A stretch of DNA of 64,000 nt, from NCBI GenBank assembly GCA_041655935.1, contig JBBAEK010000006.1, positions 3,390 through 67,389 of the forward strand, in the 5' to 3' direction. The DNA comes from Eubacteriales bacterium (lineage in GTDB: Bacteria; Bacillota; Clostridia; Oscillospirales; CAG-272). Shown piece by piece: positions 35,344 to 43,793 of this stretch. The number at the start of each line of letters is the position of its first letter. Position 1 is the stretch's first letter. Made by a program: the position numbers and the translations under genes. The notes beneath the pieces are model-generated. The model had not been told where the DNA came from and searched no databases. It saw only the letters and a list, made by a program, of their open reading frames with translations.

Positions 35344-36395
35344 CAGATCTCCTCCCCGTTCAGCGCGCGCGTCCCGCACAGAATCACCTGTTCCCTGTCC
35401 TGCTCGGACAGCTCGGACGCCAGCACGGTGCGCACAAATTCACCCCGCAGGGAAAGGTCGTAGCGGTAGTCCTCCGCCCGGACAGCCAGCCGCAGAGCGT
35501 CTTCCACACGCGCGGCAAAAAAATGCTCGGACAACCACTCCGCCAGCAAAGCGGTGTCCATCAGCACCTCCAGTCCCACCGTCCCCTGCAGCACCACCTT
35601 GACCAGGTCTTCCTTGGGCAACTCGGCCACCGCCTCCCGCACCCGCTTCTCCACCACGGCAAAGTCGGGCGCGCCGGTCAGGTCTATCGGCACGGTATGA
35701 CAGCGGCGGCGTGCCCCGGAGGGCACAAAGGTATGCGTCAGCCGCCCGTCGGCGACCTCCAGCAGGACATAGCCCTTCTCCCCGCACTCGTCATACCCCC
35801 GCCCCTCGGGGCAACCGCTGTAACACCACACCCCCCGCTCCGGCAAAGGGCCGCTCTGGTAGCTGTGGACATGCCCCAGCGCCAGGTAATCAATGTGCCT
35901 GTGTTCAAACGCCCGCAGGTCAACCAGCCCCTCGCCGGCCGCCCGCCCCGCCTGCCCGTGCAGCATGACGATGTTGAGCGAGTCCTTGTCGAGGGGCGGC
36001 AGGGGGATATCCGGCTTTTCGCAGCCATAGACCGCCACCTGGCCGTAGCGATAGCAGGTATACTCGTTCTGCCCAAAAAACTTCAGGTTCTCGGGCGGCG
36101 ACAGCAACGACAAACTGGCCCTGTCATGGTTACCGCGCAGCAGCAGAAAATCCACCTGCGGGTGCCTGCTCACCAGATCCAAAAAGGCGGCCAGTGCCGC
36201 GGCGGTAGGGTAACTGCTCTCAAACAGGTCCCCCGCGATGAGCACCGCCCGCACCCCCTGCCGTGCCCCCGCCTCCACCATGTCCGAAAAGGTGCGCTGC
36301 AGCTCGCCCCGCCGCCGGCGCGCCTGCTCCGGGCTTAGGTTGGACTGCATCGGTGAGTCCAGGTGAACATCGGCTGTGTGCAACAGTTTCATCAA
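35343..36395 (-). CDS. SbcD/Mre11-like metallophosphoesterase DNA exonuclease (YhaO/SbcF-like)
   Basis: The calcineurin-like motifs are LLHTADVHLD, IAGDLF, RGNHD, MLHG and GHVH. Confidence 0.85.
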   Translation of the reverse strand: MMKLLHTADVHLDSPMQSNLSPEQARRRRGELQRTFSDMVEAGARQGVRAVLIAGDLFESSYPTAAALAAFLDLVSRHPQVDFLLLRGNHDRASLSLLSPPENLKFFGQNEYTCYRYGQVAVYGCEKPDIPLPPLDKDSLNIVMLHGQAGRAAGEGLVDLRAFEHRHIDYLALGHVHSYQSGPLPERGVWCYSGCPEGRGYDECGEKGYVLLEVADGRLTHTFVPSGARRRCHTVPIDLTGAPDFAVVEKRVREAVAELPKEDLVKVVLQGTVGLEVLMDTALLAEWLSEHFFAARVEDALRLAVRAEDYRYDLSLRGEFVRTVLASELSEQDREQVILCGTRALNGEEI

Positions 36396-36712
36396 AGTTC
36401 CCTCCCCTCTGTCTTATCCCCGTCATCATAGCAAAAAAATCGGCAATCGCAAGCCAAAACCCAAAATTGCCGCCGAACCTCCCCCACCGCCCTGATTGGC
36501 AGGGGGTAGCGCTCCCGCCGTCCTACCGCTTCCCTCCCCGGGATCCCGGTCGGCCGCCGGCGTTTGCCCAAACCGTTGTCGTATTTCCGTGTTTACTTTT
36601 GTTTACTTTCCTCCCCGTCCACCACTTGGTTGTCGGGGGTTCGGTGTGTCATGCCGTGAGACAAGGGCGTACATGGTGATCTCCGAGCCGACGGCCCCCC
36701 AAAAAGCTGGCG

Positions 36713-37405
36713 TCACACCGCCTCATCAGCCGATGTGCTCTCCTTCTTCTTTTTGTTTTGCCAAGCCATCACACCGCCCACGGCACCGCCGACCACCGCG
36801 CCGATCGCCGTTCCCATGAGCACACGCCGGCCGGCGCTGCTCGTCGCAAACAGCTCATCTTTGATGACAAAGCTCTCCACCATCGCATTCATTTCAGCGT
36901 CAGCTCTGCCGTCGGCGTGTGTCGTCGAAAAAGTGATGCTATAAACCTTGTTTTTGCTTGAAAAGTTGTAGGAGTGCTGCGTGGTAGCGGTCGTTTTGCC
37001 GACATATGTCATGTTATTGTACACCAAGAAGTACAGCGCCTTGTATTGGCCCACCGTCTTGATTTCAGTCTTTTCGATTTCAAATTCTGCGCTGATACCG
37101 CGGCTTGCCAGCTCTGCAAATCCCGCCTCCAACTGCTCCTTAAAGCTGTCTTGCAACGCCTGTAGCTGTCCCCGGCGCACCCGGGCATAATTGATCCCCT
37201 TCTCATTGGGCGCAACACCGATGTTGATATTCGAATACCCGTCACTGCTTCGCCATACCTGCAGGTCGCTCTCGGTGCTTTGCGCCGTATACCCTGCGCT
37301 GATGGTGATCTCATAGTCTGCGGTTGAAAAGGCGGCTATCGGCAACGCCCAAATCCCTACCAGTAAAGCCACCACAAGACAGGATAGCACTGCTTTTCGA
37401 ATCAT
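36713..37405 (-). CDS. Hypothetical exported protein with a C-terminal TM anchor
   Basis: An N-terminal signal-like helix is present (LVVALLVGIWALPIAAFS). The C-terminal Gly/Ala-rich TM helix reads GTAIGAVVGGAVGGVMAW and is followed by a KKKK stop-transfer. I recognised no family. Confidence 0.6.
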   Translation of the reverse strand: MIRKAVLSCLVVALLVGIWALPIAAFSTADYEITISAGYTAQSTESDLQVWRSSDGYSNINIGVAPNEKGINYARVRRGQLQALQDSFKEQLEAGFAELASRGISAEFEIEKTEIKTVGQYKALYFLVYNNMTYVGKTTATTQHSYNFSSKNKVYSITFSTTHADGRADAEMNAMVESFVIKDELFATSSAGRRVLMGTAIGAVVGGAVGGVMAWQNKKKKESTSADEAV

Positions 37406-37456
37406 TGTCGTTCCCTCGCTGTCGTTATTTCGATATAGCCCTTTCCATGGCGACCG

Positions 37457-38494
37457 TCACCGCCGGAGCAACTTCTCCGCGGCTTCAAACAGCCCGTGCA
37501 GATACGCCGCACCCAGCGCCCGGTCGTACAGCCCGTAGCCCGGCTTGCCGGTCTCTCCCCAGATATTGCGGCCGTGGTCGGGGCGGACATAGCCGTCAAA
37601 GCCGTTGGCCACCAGTGCCCGCACCACCCCGAAAATATCAAGGTCCCCCTTGTCGGTCATATGCCCCGCCTCGGTAAAGTCAAACTCCCCCGCATATTTT
37701 AGTTGCCGGATATGCGCGAAGTGGACCCGGTCGGCATACCGCTCAATGAGCGCGATCAGGTCGTTGTCCCGTCCCGCCCCCAGAGACCCGGTGCAGAGGG
37801 TCATCCCGTTATGCCGGCTGGGCAGGGCAGCAAAGAGGTTGTCATAGTCGCTTTGCTTGGAGATGATGCGCGGCAGACCGAACATATCCCACGGCGGGTC
37901 GTCCGGGTGAATGGCCATATGAATCCCCGTCTCCTCACACGCCGGCAGAATGCCCCGCAGGAAATAGATCAGGTTGTCAAAAAGCTGCCGGTGAGACATC
38001 CCTTTGTAGGCGTCCAGCAGACTGTTCAGCTCACCGGTGGTGTAGCTCTCGTCCCAGCCCGGCAGGTGCAGGTTTCTCACATCCAGCCCCAGCAAGGCCT
38101 CATGGCGGTAGGCAAGCGCGGTAGACCCGTCGGGTTGCGGCGCCGCCAGTTCGGTGCGCAGCCAGTCAAACACGGGCATGAAGTTGTAGCACACGCACTT
38201 GACCCCCGCCGCGCCCAGGTGAAAGAGGGTCTGCCGATACGCCTCGATATACCCCTCCCGGCTCGGCCGGCCCAGCTTGATGTCCTCATGCACCGGCACC
38301 GACTCAATGACCTCCATCGCCAGCCCCTGCTCCTCACACAACTTTTTGAGGTGCAAAATCCGTTCTAAGGGCCATACCCCCCCCACCGGGATGTCATAAA
38401 CGGCGGTAACCACCCCGCTCATCCCATGAATCTGGCGAATATATGCCAAGGGAATACTGTCGCCCTCCCCGTACCAACGAAACGTCATCTTCAT
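37457..38494 (-). CDS. uxuA: Mannonate dehydratase
   Basis: The N-terminus MKMTFRWYGEGDSIPLAYIRQI is the characteristic UxuA start. The roughly 345-aa TIM-barrel size also fits. Confidence 0.9.
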   Translation of the reverse strand: MKMTFRWYGEGDSIPLAYIRQIHGMSGVVTAVYDIPVGGVWPLERILHLKKLCEEQGLAMEVIESVPVHEDIKLGRPSREGYIEAYRQTLFHLGAAGVKCVCYNFMPVFDWLRTELAAPQPDGSTALAYRHEALLGLDVRNLHLPGWDESYTTGELNSLLDAYKGMSHRQLFDNLIYFLRGILPACEETGIHMAIHPDDPPWDMFGLPRIISKQSDYDNLFAALPSRHNGMTLCTGSLGAGRDNDLIALIERYADRVHFAHIRQLKYAGEFDFTEAGHMTDKGDLDIFGVVRALVANGFDGYVRPDHGRNIWGETGKPGYGLYDRALGAAYLHGLFEAAEKLLRR

Positions 38495-38578
38495 ATAAAC
38501 TCTCCTTTTAATCGATCGTCCGATTTTATCCGATTGAATGGTAGTCCGATTGATTGGTTATCCAAAAGCATCTCCCGC

Positions 38579-41500
38579 TCACCCCAACCGTTTCAAGCGC
38601 AGCACGGGCAACATGACAGCCGTTTCTTGCTCGTCATTTTCGCCCCGCCAAGCAACGATATACTCCACGCGCGCCCCCACGGGCTGGTAGCCCTTACTTT
38701 CCAGCTCCTTCAGTTTCTCGACAAACGCCTTGGAGAATTTGGCGACGCATTGTTTTTCCCCGTGGAGCACAGCCCGGAGAAAAGGGGCATCGACCACCAA
38801 CTCGTCCCCGCTGCGAAGCTGCATCACACTTTCTTTCCTTTCCTTGAAAAAGTCCAGGAAAACATCTTTGTGCGTCAGTTGAAGAGACATTTCCGTGGGT
38901 TCACCGTACTCGGCAGTGTCCCTGGATTGCATGACCCCGTCAAGGGCAAACTGATTAAGAACAGGGGTGTTGCAGTGGATATAGAGCGCCTCTTTGGCAC
39001 GAGTCAGGGCGACATACAGCTTTCGCTTCTCCTCATCACTCGAGGCAGACACTTGGTTTAAGAGCAAGTAGACGGTGTCAAACTCCCGCCCCTTGGCTTT
39101 GTGAATGGTCGAGATCGTGACGGCCTCCCCTTCCTCTTCATAAAAATCCTCATAGTTGGATTCCTTGATGAATTCATCCAGGTCCGTCCGGAATTTGTGC
39201 TCGGACACGCTTTCAAATTCTTTGAGCATCCGCAGACAATTGGGCAAGCAGGTGCTCCCGGCATATACCACTGCCAACCGCTCTTTTGCTGCCTGCCACA
39301 GTGACTCGTCAATGATGGGTGTGTGGAGCTTGTCATCAATCAACTTTAGGAAGAACCGCACTTCCGCCAGATTGTACAGCTTGAAGGCCTCGTTTGACTG
39401 TATCAGCTTGGCGCGGATGCCCCTTTGGGTCAACAGGTCGAGCATCTGCAACGCCTCATGGTTGGTGTTGGTCAGCACACACGCCCTCTCTCCTCGGTAT
39501 GTCTGTGCCACGCGATGGGCGAGAGGCTCCTCGATATGCTTTGATGTATGCCGGGTAATCTCCACCCTGCCGGGCTCTGCCTGCACCGCCTGAATGGGGT
39601 CTGACTTCATCCGTTCACGCAAGGTCGCGGCAAAAGCATTGCTCAACGCCACAATGCTGCGCTTGCTTCTGTAATTCTCCGGCATCTGATAGGTAACAGC
39701 ACCGTAGTCCTCGACAAGCGCGCGCAGGTATTTGGAATGCGAGCCTCTGAACTCATAGATATTTTGGTCGTCATCCCCTACCGCAATCACGCGCATATCG
39801 TCATTGGCATGAATCAGCGCTTGGACGAGCGCAAATTCATTCTCATCCATATCCTGCGCCTCATCAATCACCAACACCCGCTTCATGATTTTCCCCGGTT
39901 CCACCTCACCGCGTTCAATCATATCGGCGGCATTTCTGACCACATCGGCAACCCCTTCCAGCGTGCCGATCTTGCCCAGCAGATCAAAACAATAGGAGTG
40001 AAATGTTTTGATCTCCACATAATGCGCCGCATTGCCTATCAGCTCCATTAAGCGCTTTTTGAACTCGGTGGCAGCCGCGCGCGAAAATGTCAGCATCAAC
40101 AGTTGTTCGTTCTTGACATCCTCCAGGTGCAAGAGTGAGGCAAGCTTGTGCACCAACACACGGGTTTTCCCACTCCCGGGACCTGCCGCCACCACAATGT
40201 ATTTGGATTCCTGGTCATCGATAATTTCCCGCTGCACATCGGACAGTTGCTCAAAAAGCTCGTTGAACTTTTGAGGCGTCATATTGCGCTCAATTTCTTT
40301 GGCGCGTTCTCCCTTGAAATAGGTCGCAATAAATTTTTTAAAGTCCATCTGAAAATAATCATGCACAAACTGTAGTGCCTGCTGATAGTCCCGCACCATC
40401 AGGTTGGCGTACTCGCCGACAATGTGGATTTGTCTGATTTTTTGCTTGTAGAACTCATCCAGCAATCGATAGTCGTCCACCTTGTACTGAATCCTGTTGT
40501 CGGGCACCAGCCGCTTGATTTCCATGGCCTGATACAGCACCAGGAAGCCCCCCTCCAGCTTCATCGCGCCGATTTTCGAGAGGTAAAGCAATGCATCTGC
40601 CACATCAGGCAAACTGAGGGTAGACTTATCCACCCCCAGGACGGGAGCCGCCTTGTAGGCGTTGAACAGACCGACCAGCGAAAACAATACCGGAGCATCT
40701 TCCTGGCGGTTCGGCTGCGCCTCATGCTTGGCATATAGCTCTGTCACAATAAATTCACAGATATCCAGCCTGCGCGCCAGCTTCTCAGAGAGCGGCCGGA
40801 GGCTCATGGCAGGCTGGACCTCAACCATTCCTGCCGCGGCATCCTCTTTTTTATGAACATAACCCTTGATGGTCAGGAAATAGAGCAATGTTTTGATATT
40901 CTTGACGCTTGAGGCAGTCACGCCCAAGGCAAGCGCCTCCTCGTTCCACTCTTTGTAGTGGAGAGAGCAGCCCTCCTCAGGCAGCTTGTCAAACAGAAAC
41001 TTCTCCAGCTGTGCAAATCGGTCGAGCACTTGCAGCGATTTGTTTTGCGTGTCACTCCTCAGGATATAGGCGGACATATCGGCATCATCCCGGAGCAGTC
41101 CCTCCTGCCGAAGCAAATTGATCAGTTCAATGGCACTTTCCTTCTCAATCCCCAAAATATCCGCCAGATAATCCACCCGTGACTCTGCCTCTTCGTTGCC
41201 TGCCCGGGCAATGCTGCGGCTGGAAATCAGGGACTTGATGATTCGTTTGGCAGTCTGCCTCTGCGACTCGGAAAACAGCGGCGAACGCTCTATCCGAAAA
41301 CTTGCCTCCTGCATATTTTTGGCACAAATGCTGGTGGCAAACAGGTGGGGCACATTTTGCCCGCGCTTGATATAGCCGGCCCGCTCCAACGCGGCAATGG
41401 CGGTCTTGACTCTGGTCTCCATTTCCGACCCGGAATCCTTCCATCCCGCCTGACGGGCAATTTCAAGCGGCGAGCAACAAATGCTCTTCCGCGTTTTGGT

Positions 41501-43369
41501 CAAGTCTTTGATGGCCCGCCATACCTGCTGAATTTCGCTGATGCTGAGCTTGGTCTGATTCAAGAGGATAAAATGCTTGTTCAGGTCATTGTCATGAAAG
41601 AGCACATAACAGTCCGCCTCGAGCGAAGAGTCTCGCCCCGCCCGCCCGGCCTCCTGCACATAGTTTTCCAAGGAATCGGAAATATCATAGTGGATCACCA
41701 GACCCACATCCTTTTTGTCCACCCCCATGCCGAACGCCGAGGTCGCCACGATCACCTGCACCTCATTGCGCATGAAAGCCTCTTGATGTTTCACCTTCTC
41801 CACAGGATCCATTTTGCCGTTAAAGGGCAGCGCTGAGAGGCCGTCGCTCGTCAGCTTGGTGGCCAGTTGATGGGTGCGCTTGGTGCGGGAAACATAGACA
41901 ATGCACGGGCAGCGCTTCTGCGCAATCAGCGCGCGCAGGGTGGCATACTTTTCCTCATCGGTTTCCTTGTAAAGAACCACATAGCGGAGATTTTCACGCG
42001 TCGCCGACGACGCAAACAGGGAAAGAGTGATGTCCAGCTTATGCTTGAAATACTCGCAAATATCACTGATCACCTTTTGCTTGGCGGTAGCGGTAAAGCA
42101 GGAAACGGGGATGGGATTTTTATCGATCTTTTTCTGTTGCAGCTCACGGATGAAGTCTCCGATGTACAGGTAGTCCACGCGAAAATCCTGCCCCCAGGCA
42201 GAAAAGCAATGCGCTTCATCAATCACAAAGCGAACAATATTGCGTGAGAGCAGCATTTTTTCAATAGTTTTTGACCGCAACTGCTCCGGGGATATGTATA
42301 AAAGCGTCGCCATCCCGTTTGCGATGCGCTCATAGGCTTCTGCCCGCTCCACCGGGCTGAGCAACCCGTTGACCGTCACAGCGTCCACGATGCCAAACTC
42401 CGCCAAATTGTCCACCTGGTCCTTCATCAGCGACTGGAGCGGGGAGATGACCACCGTGAGCCCGTGCACATTCTTACCCGCCATCAGCGCCGGTAACTGA
42501 AAGGTGATGGACTTGCCCCCGCCGGTGGGAAAGACAGCCAGCAGCGATTGCCCCTCCACCGCCGCCCGGACTGCCTGCTCCTGTAGCGGCTCCCCGTGAT
42601 AGGTACGAAAAGAGCCATAGCCGAAAATCTCTTTCAGTCCTTTGTGGATGTTTAGCCTCTCTGCACAGTAGGCGCACCCCTGTGCGCAGGGAGTGTTGCA
42701 CAAAAACTTCACCACATTCTCTATTCTCGGGTAATGCTTCAGGAGCCACGGCGGGGTAATGGACCGATAGTCGTCGCTGCCGATCAGCGCCAGCGCATAG
42801 GCCAGCTCCACGGGGTAATGCTTGATCAGCGAAGAGACCGCGGCATTTGAACACATGCGAGCGGCATACTCAGCCTCAATGTACTTTCCCAGAAGGGTCT
42901 GTTGCGGCACAAAACCGACATGCTTGAAAAAACCCCTGAACTCCTCCACGGGAGACAAAAGGCAACCGTATATTTGCTTCCGTTGCGGGGAGAGCGCATG
43001 GAAAGCATTGAGCTCATCATAAAAGAGCTTCTTCGCTTTTTGCGCATCATTCAGCGGATTGTTCAGCGCATCCGACTGGAGCTTATCATCCTTCAGCAGC
43101 GCATGATAAGGACGTTTCGGAAAGAGCAAAGGAGAAAGATAGAGTGTGTCAATGTAGGCGTCTGTCACACGCCTCGGGAGATGTGGTTTGATGAATGACA
43201 GATCATGGTGGATAATATTGTGCCCGCAAAGATATTCCGCGCCGGAGATAAAATCGCAAAAATCCCGTACAGATGCGCTGTGAAATATCGCCCCGTCACT
43301 GCGCACCGCACCCAGATCATGTATTTTGTGATCATCGACACCAATCTCGCTGTCGATAAACACCATCAT
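38579..43369 (-). CDS. Tri-domain helicase: N-terminal DEDD 3'-5' exonuclease + RecQ-family SF2 helicase + UvrD/PcrA-like SF1 helicase
   Basis: The exonuclease motifs are FIDSEIG and HNIIHHDL. The RecQ motifs are FPTGGGKSITFQLPAL and FVIDEAHCFSAWGQDFR. The UvrD motifs are AAGPGSGKTRVLVHKLA, VLVIDEAQDMDENE, TISTIHKAKGREFDTV and LYVALTRAKEALYI. The start is taken at MMVFID (ATG at 43369), which lies 9 nt after GAGGAG. Confidence 0.9.
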   Translation of the reverse strand: MMVFIDSEIGVDDHKIHDLGAVRSDGAIFHSASVRDFCDFISGAEYLCGHNIIHHDLSFIKPHLPRRVTDAYIDTLYLSPLLFPKRPYHALLKDDKLQSDALNNPLNDAQKAKKLFYDELNAFHALSPQRKQIYGCLLSPVEEFRGFFKHVGFVPQQTLLGKYIEAEYAARMCSNAAVSSLIKHYPVELAYALALIGSDDYRSITPPWLLKHYPRIENVVKFLCNTPCAQGCAYCAERLNIHKGLKEIFGYGSFRTYHGEPLQEQAVRAAVEGQSLLAVFPTGGGKSITFQLPALMAGKNVHGLTVVISPLQSLMKDQVDNLAEFGIVDAVTVNGLLSPVERAEAYERIANGMATLLYISPEQLRSKTIEKMLLSRNIVRFVIDEAHCFSAWGQDFRVDYLYIGDFIRELQQKKIDKNPIPVSCFTATAKQKVISDICEYFKHKLDITLSLFASSATRENLRYVVLYKETDEEKYATLRALIAQKRCPCIVYVSRTKRTHQLATKLTSDGLSALPFNGKMDPVEKVKHQEAFMRNEVQVIVATSAFGMGVDKKDVGLVIHYDISDSLENYVQEAGRAGRDSSLEADCYVLFHDNDLNKHFILLNQTKLSISEIQQVWRAIKDLTKTRKSICCSPLEIARQAGWKDSGSEMETRVKTAIAALERAGYIKRGQNVPHLFATSICAKNMQEASFRIERSPLFSESQRQTAKRIIKSLISSRSIARAGNEEAESRVDYLADILGIEKESAIELINLLRQEGLLRDDADMSAYILRSDTQNKSLQVLDRFAQLEKFLFDKLPEEGCSLHYKEWNEEALALGVTASSVKNIKTLLYFLTIKGYVHKKEDAAAGMVEVQPAMSLRPLSEKLARRLDICEFIVTELYAKHEAQPNRQEDAPVLFSLVGLFNAYKAAPVLGVDKSTLSLPDVADALLYLSKIGAMKLEGGFLVLYQAMEIKRLVPDNRIQYKVDDYRLLDEFYKQKIRQIHIVGEYANLMVRDYQQALQFVHDYFQMDFKKFIATYFKGERAKEIERNMTPQKFNELFEQLSDVQREIIDDQESKYIVVAAGPGSGKTRVLVHKLASLLHLEDVKNEQLLMLTFSRAAATEFKKRLMELIGNAAHYVEIKTFHSYCFDLLGKIGTLEGVADVVRNAADMIERGEVEPGKIMKRVLVIDEAQDMDENEFALVQALIHANDDMRVIAVGDDDQNIYEFRGSHSKYLRALVEDYGAVTYQMPENYRSKRSIVALSNAFAATLRERMKSDPIQAVQAEPGRVEITRHTSKHIEEPLAHRVAQTYRGERACVLTNTNHEALQMLDLLTQRGIRAKLIQSNEAFKLYNLAEVRFFLKLIDDKLHTPIIDESLWQAAKERLAVVYAGSTCLPNCLRMLKEFESVSEHKFRTDLDEFIKESNYEDFYEEEGEAVTISTIHKAKGREFDTVYLLLNQVSASSDEEKRKLYVALTRAKEALYIHCNTPVLNQFALDGVMQSRDTAEYGEPTEMSLQLTHKDVFLDFFKERKESVMQLRSGDELVVDAPFLRAVLHGEKQCVAKFSKAFVEKLKELESKGYQPVGARVEYIVAWRGENDEQETAVMLPVLRLKRLG

Positions 43370-43520
43370 CTTTGCCATCTCCTCTCTCACCCCGCAGTCT
43401 CTGCCTCCCAAGGACACAGCCACGCACGACCCAAAGGCATGACTCCCCCTTTCCTTTTTTGCTTATTTCCATATGATGATACCATGAGTAAAAAAAAATG
43501 TAGACATGCCGGACATTTTT

Positions 43521-43634
43521 GCGAAGCCGTCAATCAGGCCCCCGCACGAAAGTGCGGGGAGGAGCGTCAGCTCCCGGTATGGCGACTGCCATACCGATTG
43601 CCTGCATTATACCATATTTCCATCCGAAATTCAA
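43521..43634 (-). promoter_or_regulatory. Sigma-A promoter plus conserved triple-hairpin leader module, copy B (upstream of the fusion helicase)
   Basis: On the minus strand: TTGAAT (43634-43629), a 17-nt spacer, then TGGTATAAT. The module continues GCAGGCAATC-[CGGTATGGC AGTC GCCATACCG]-G-[GGAGC TGAC GCTCC]-T-[CCCCGCAC TTTC GTGCGGGG]-GCCTGATTGACGGCTTCGC. Confidence 0.55.
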
Positions 43635-43685
43635 TCACTTTCTCATGCGGCATGATTTTCGGACACAAGTTTCAATCAAAGCAGG

Positions 43686-43739
43686 ACAAAAAGGTGATGG
43701 CGAGCGCTTCACGCATCCGGCAAAGCAGCCGCCATCACC
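43686..43739 (-). terminator. Rho-independent terminator after the oxidoreductase gene
   Basis: On the minus strand, GGTGATGGCG (43739-43730) pairs with CGCCATCACC (43702-43693) across a 27-nt loop, and TTTTTG follows. Confidence 0.6.
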
Positions 43740-43793
43740 ATGCAAATGCCCCCGTTCGGGATGGACTCACCCGCCCAAAAGGAGCGCTATCGC

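Noticed and set aside
33169-36338. Several long plus-strand ORFs (33169-33813, 34261-35301, 35298-36338 and others).
   Set aside because: All are antisense shadows of the SbcC-like and SbcD-like genes, which carry clear Walker and phosphoesterase motifs. The shadow translations are Arg/Pro/Leu-rich without motifs.
36610-36685. A 23-codon minus-strand ORF (MYALVSRHDTPNPRQPSGGRGGK) with a GGAG 7 nt upstream.
   Set aside because: It is too short and too low in complexity to support. It is mentioned only because it lies in the unexplained 317-bp gap.
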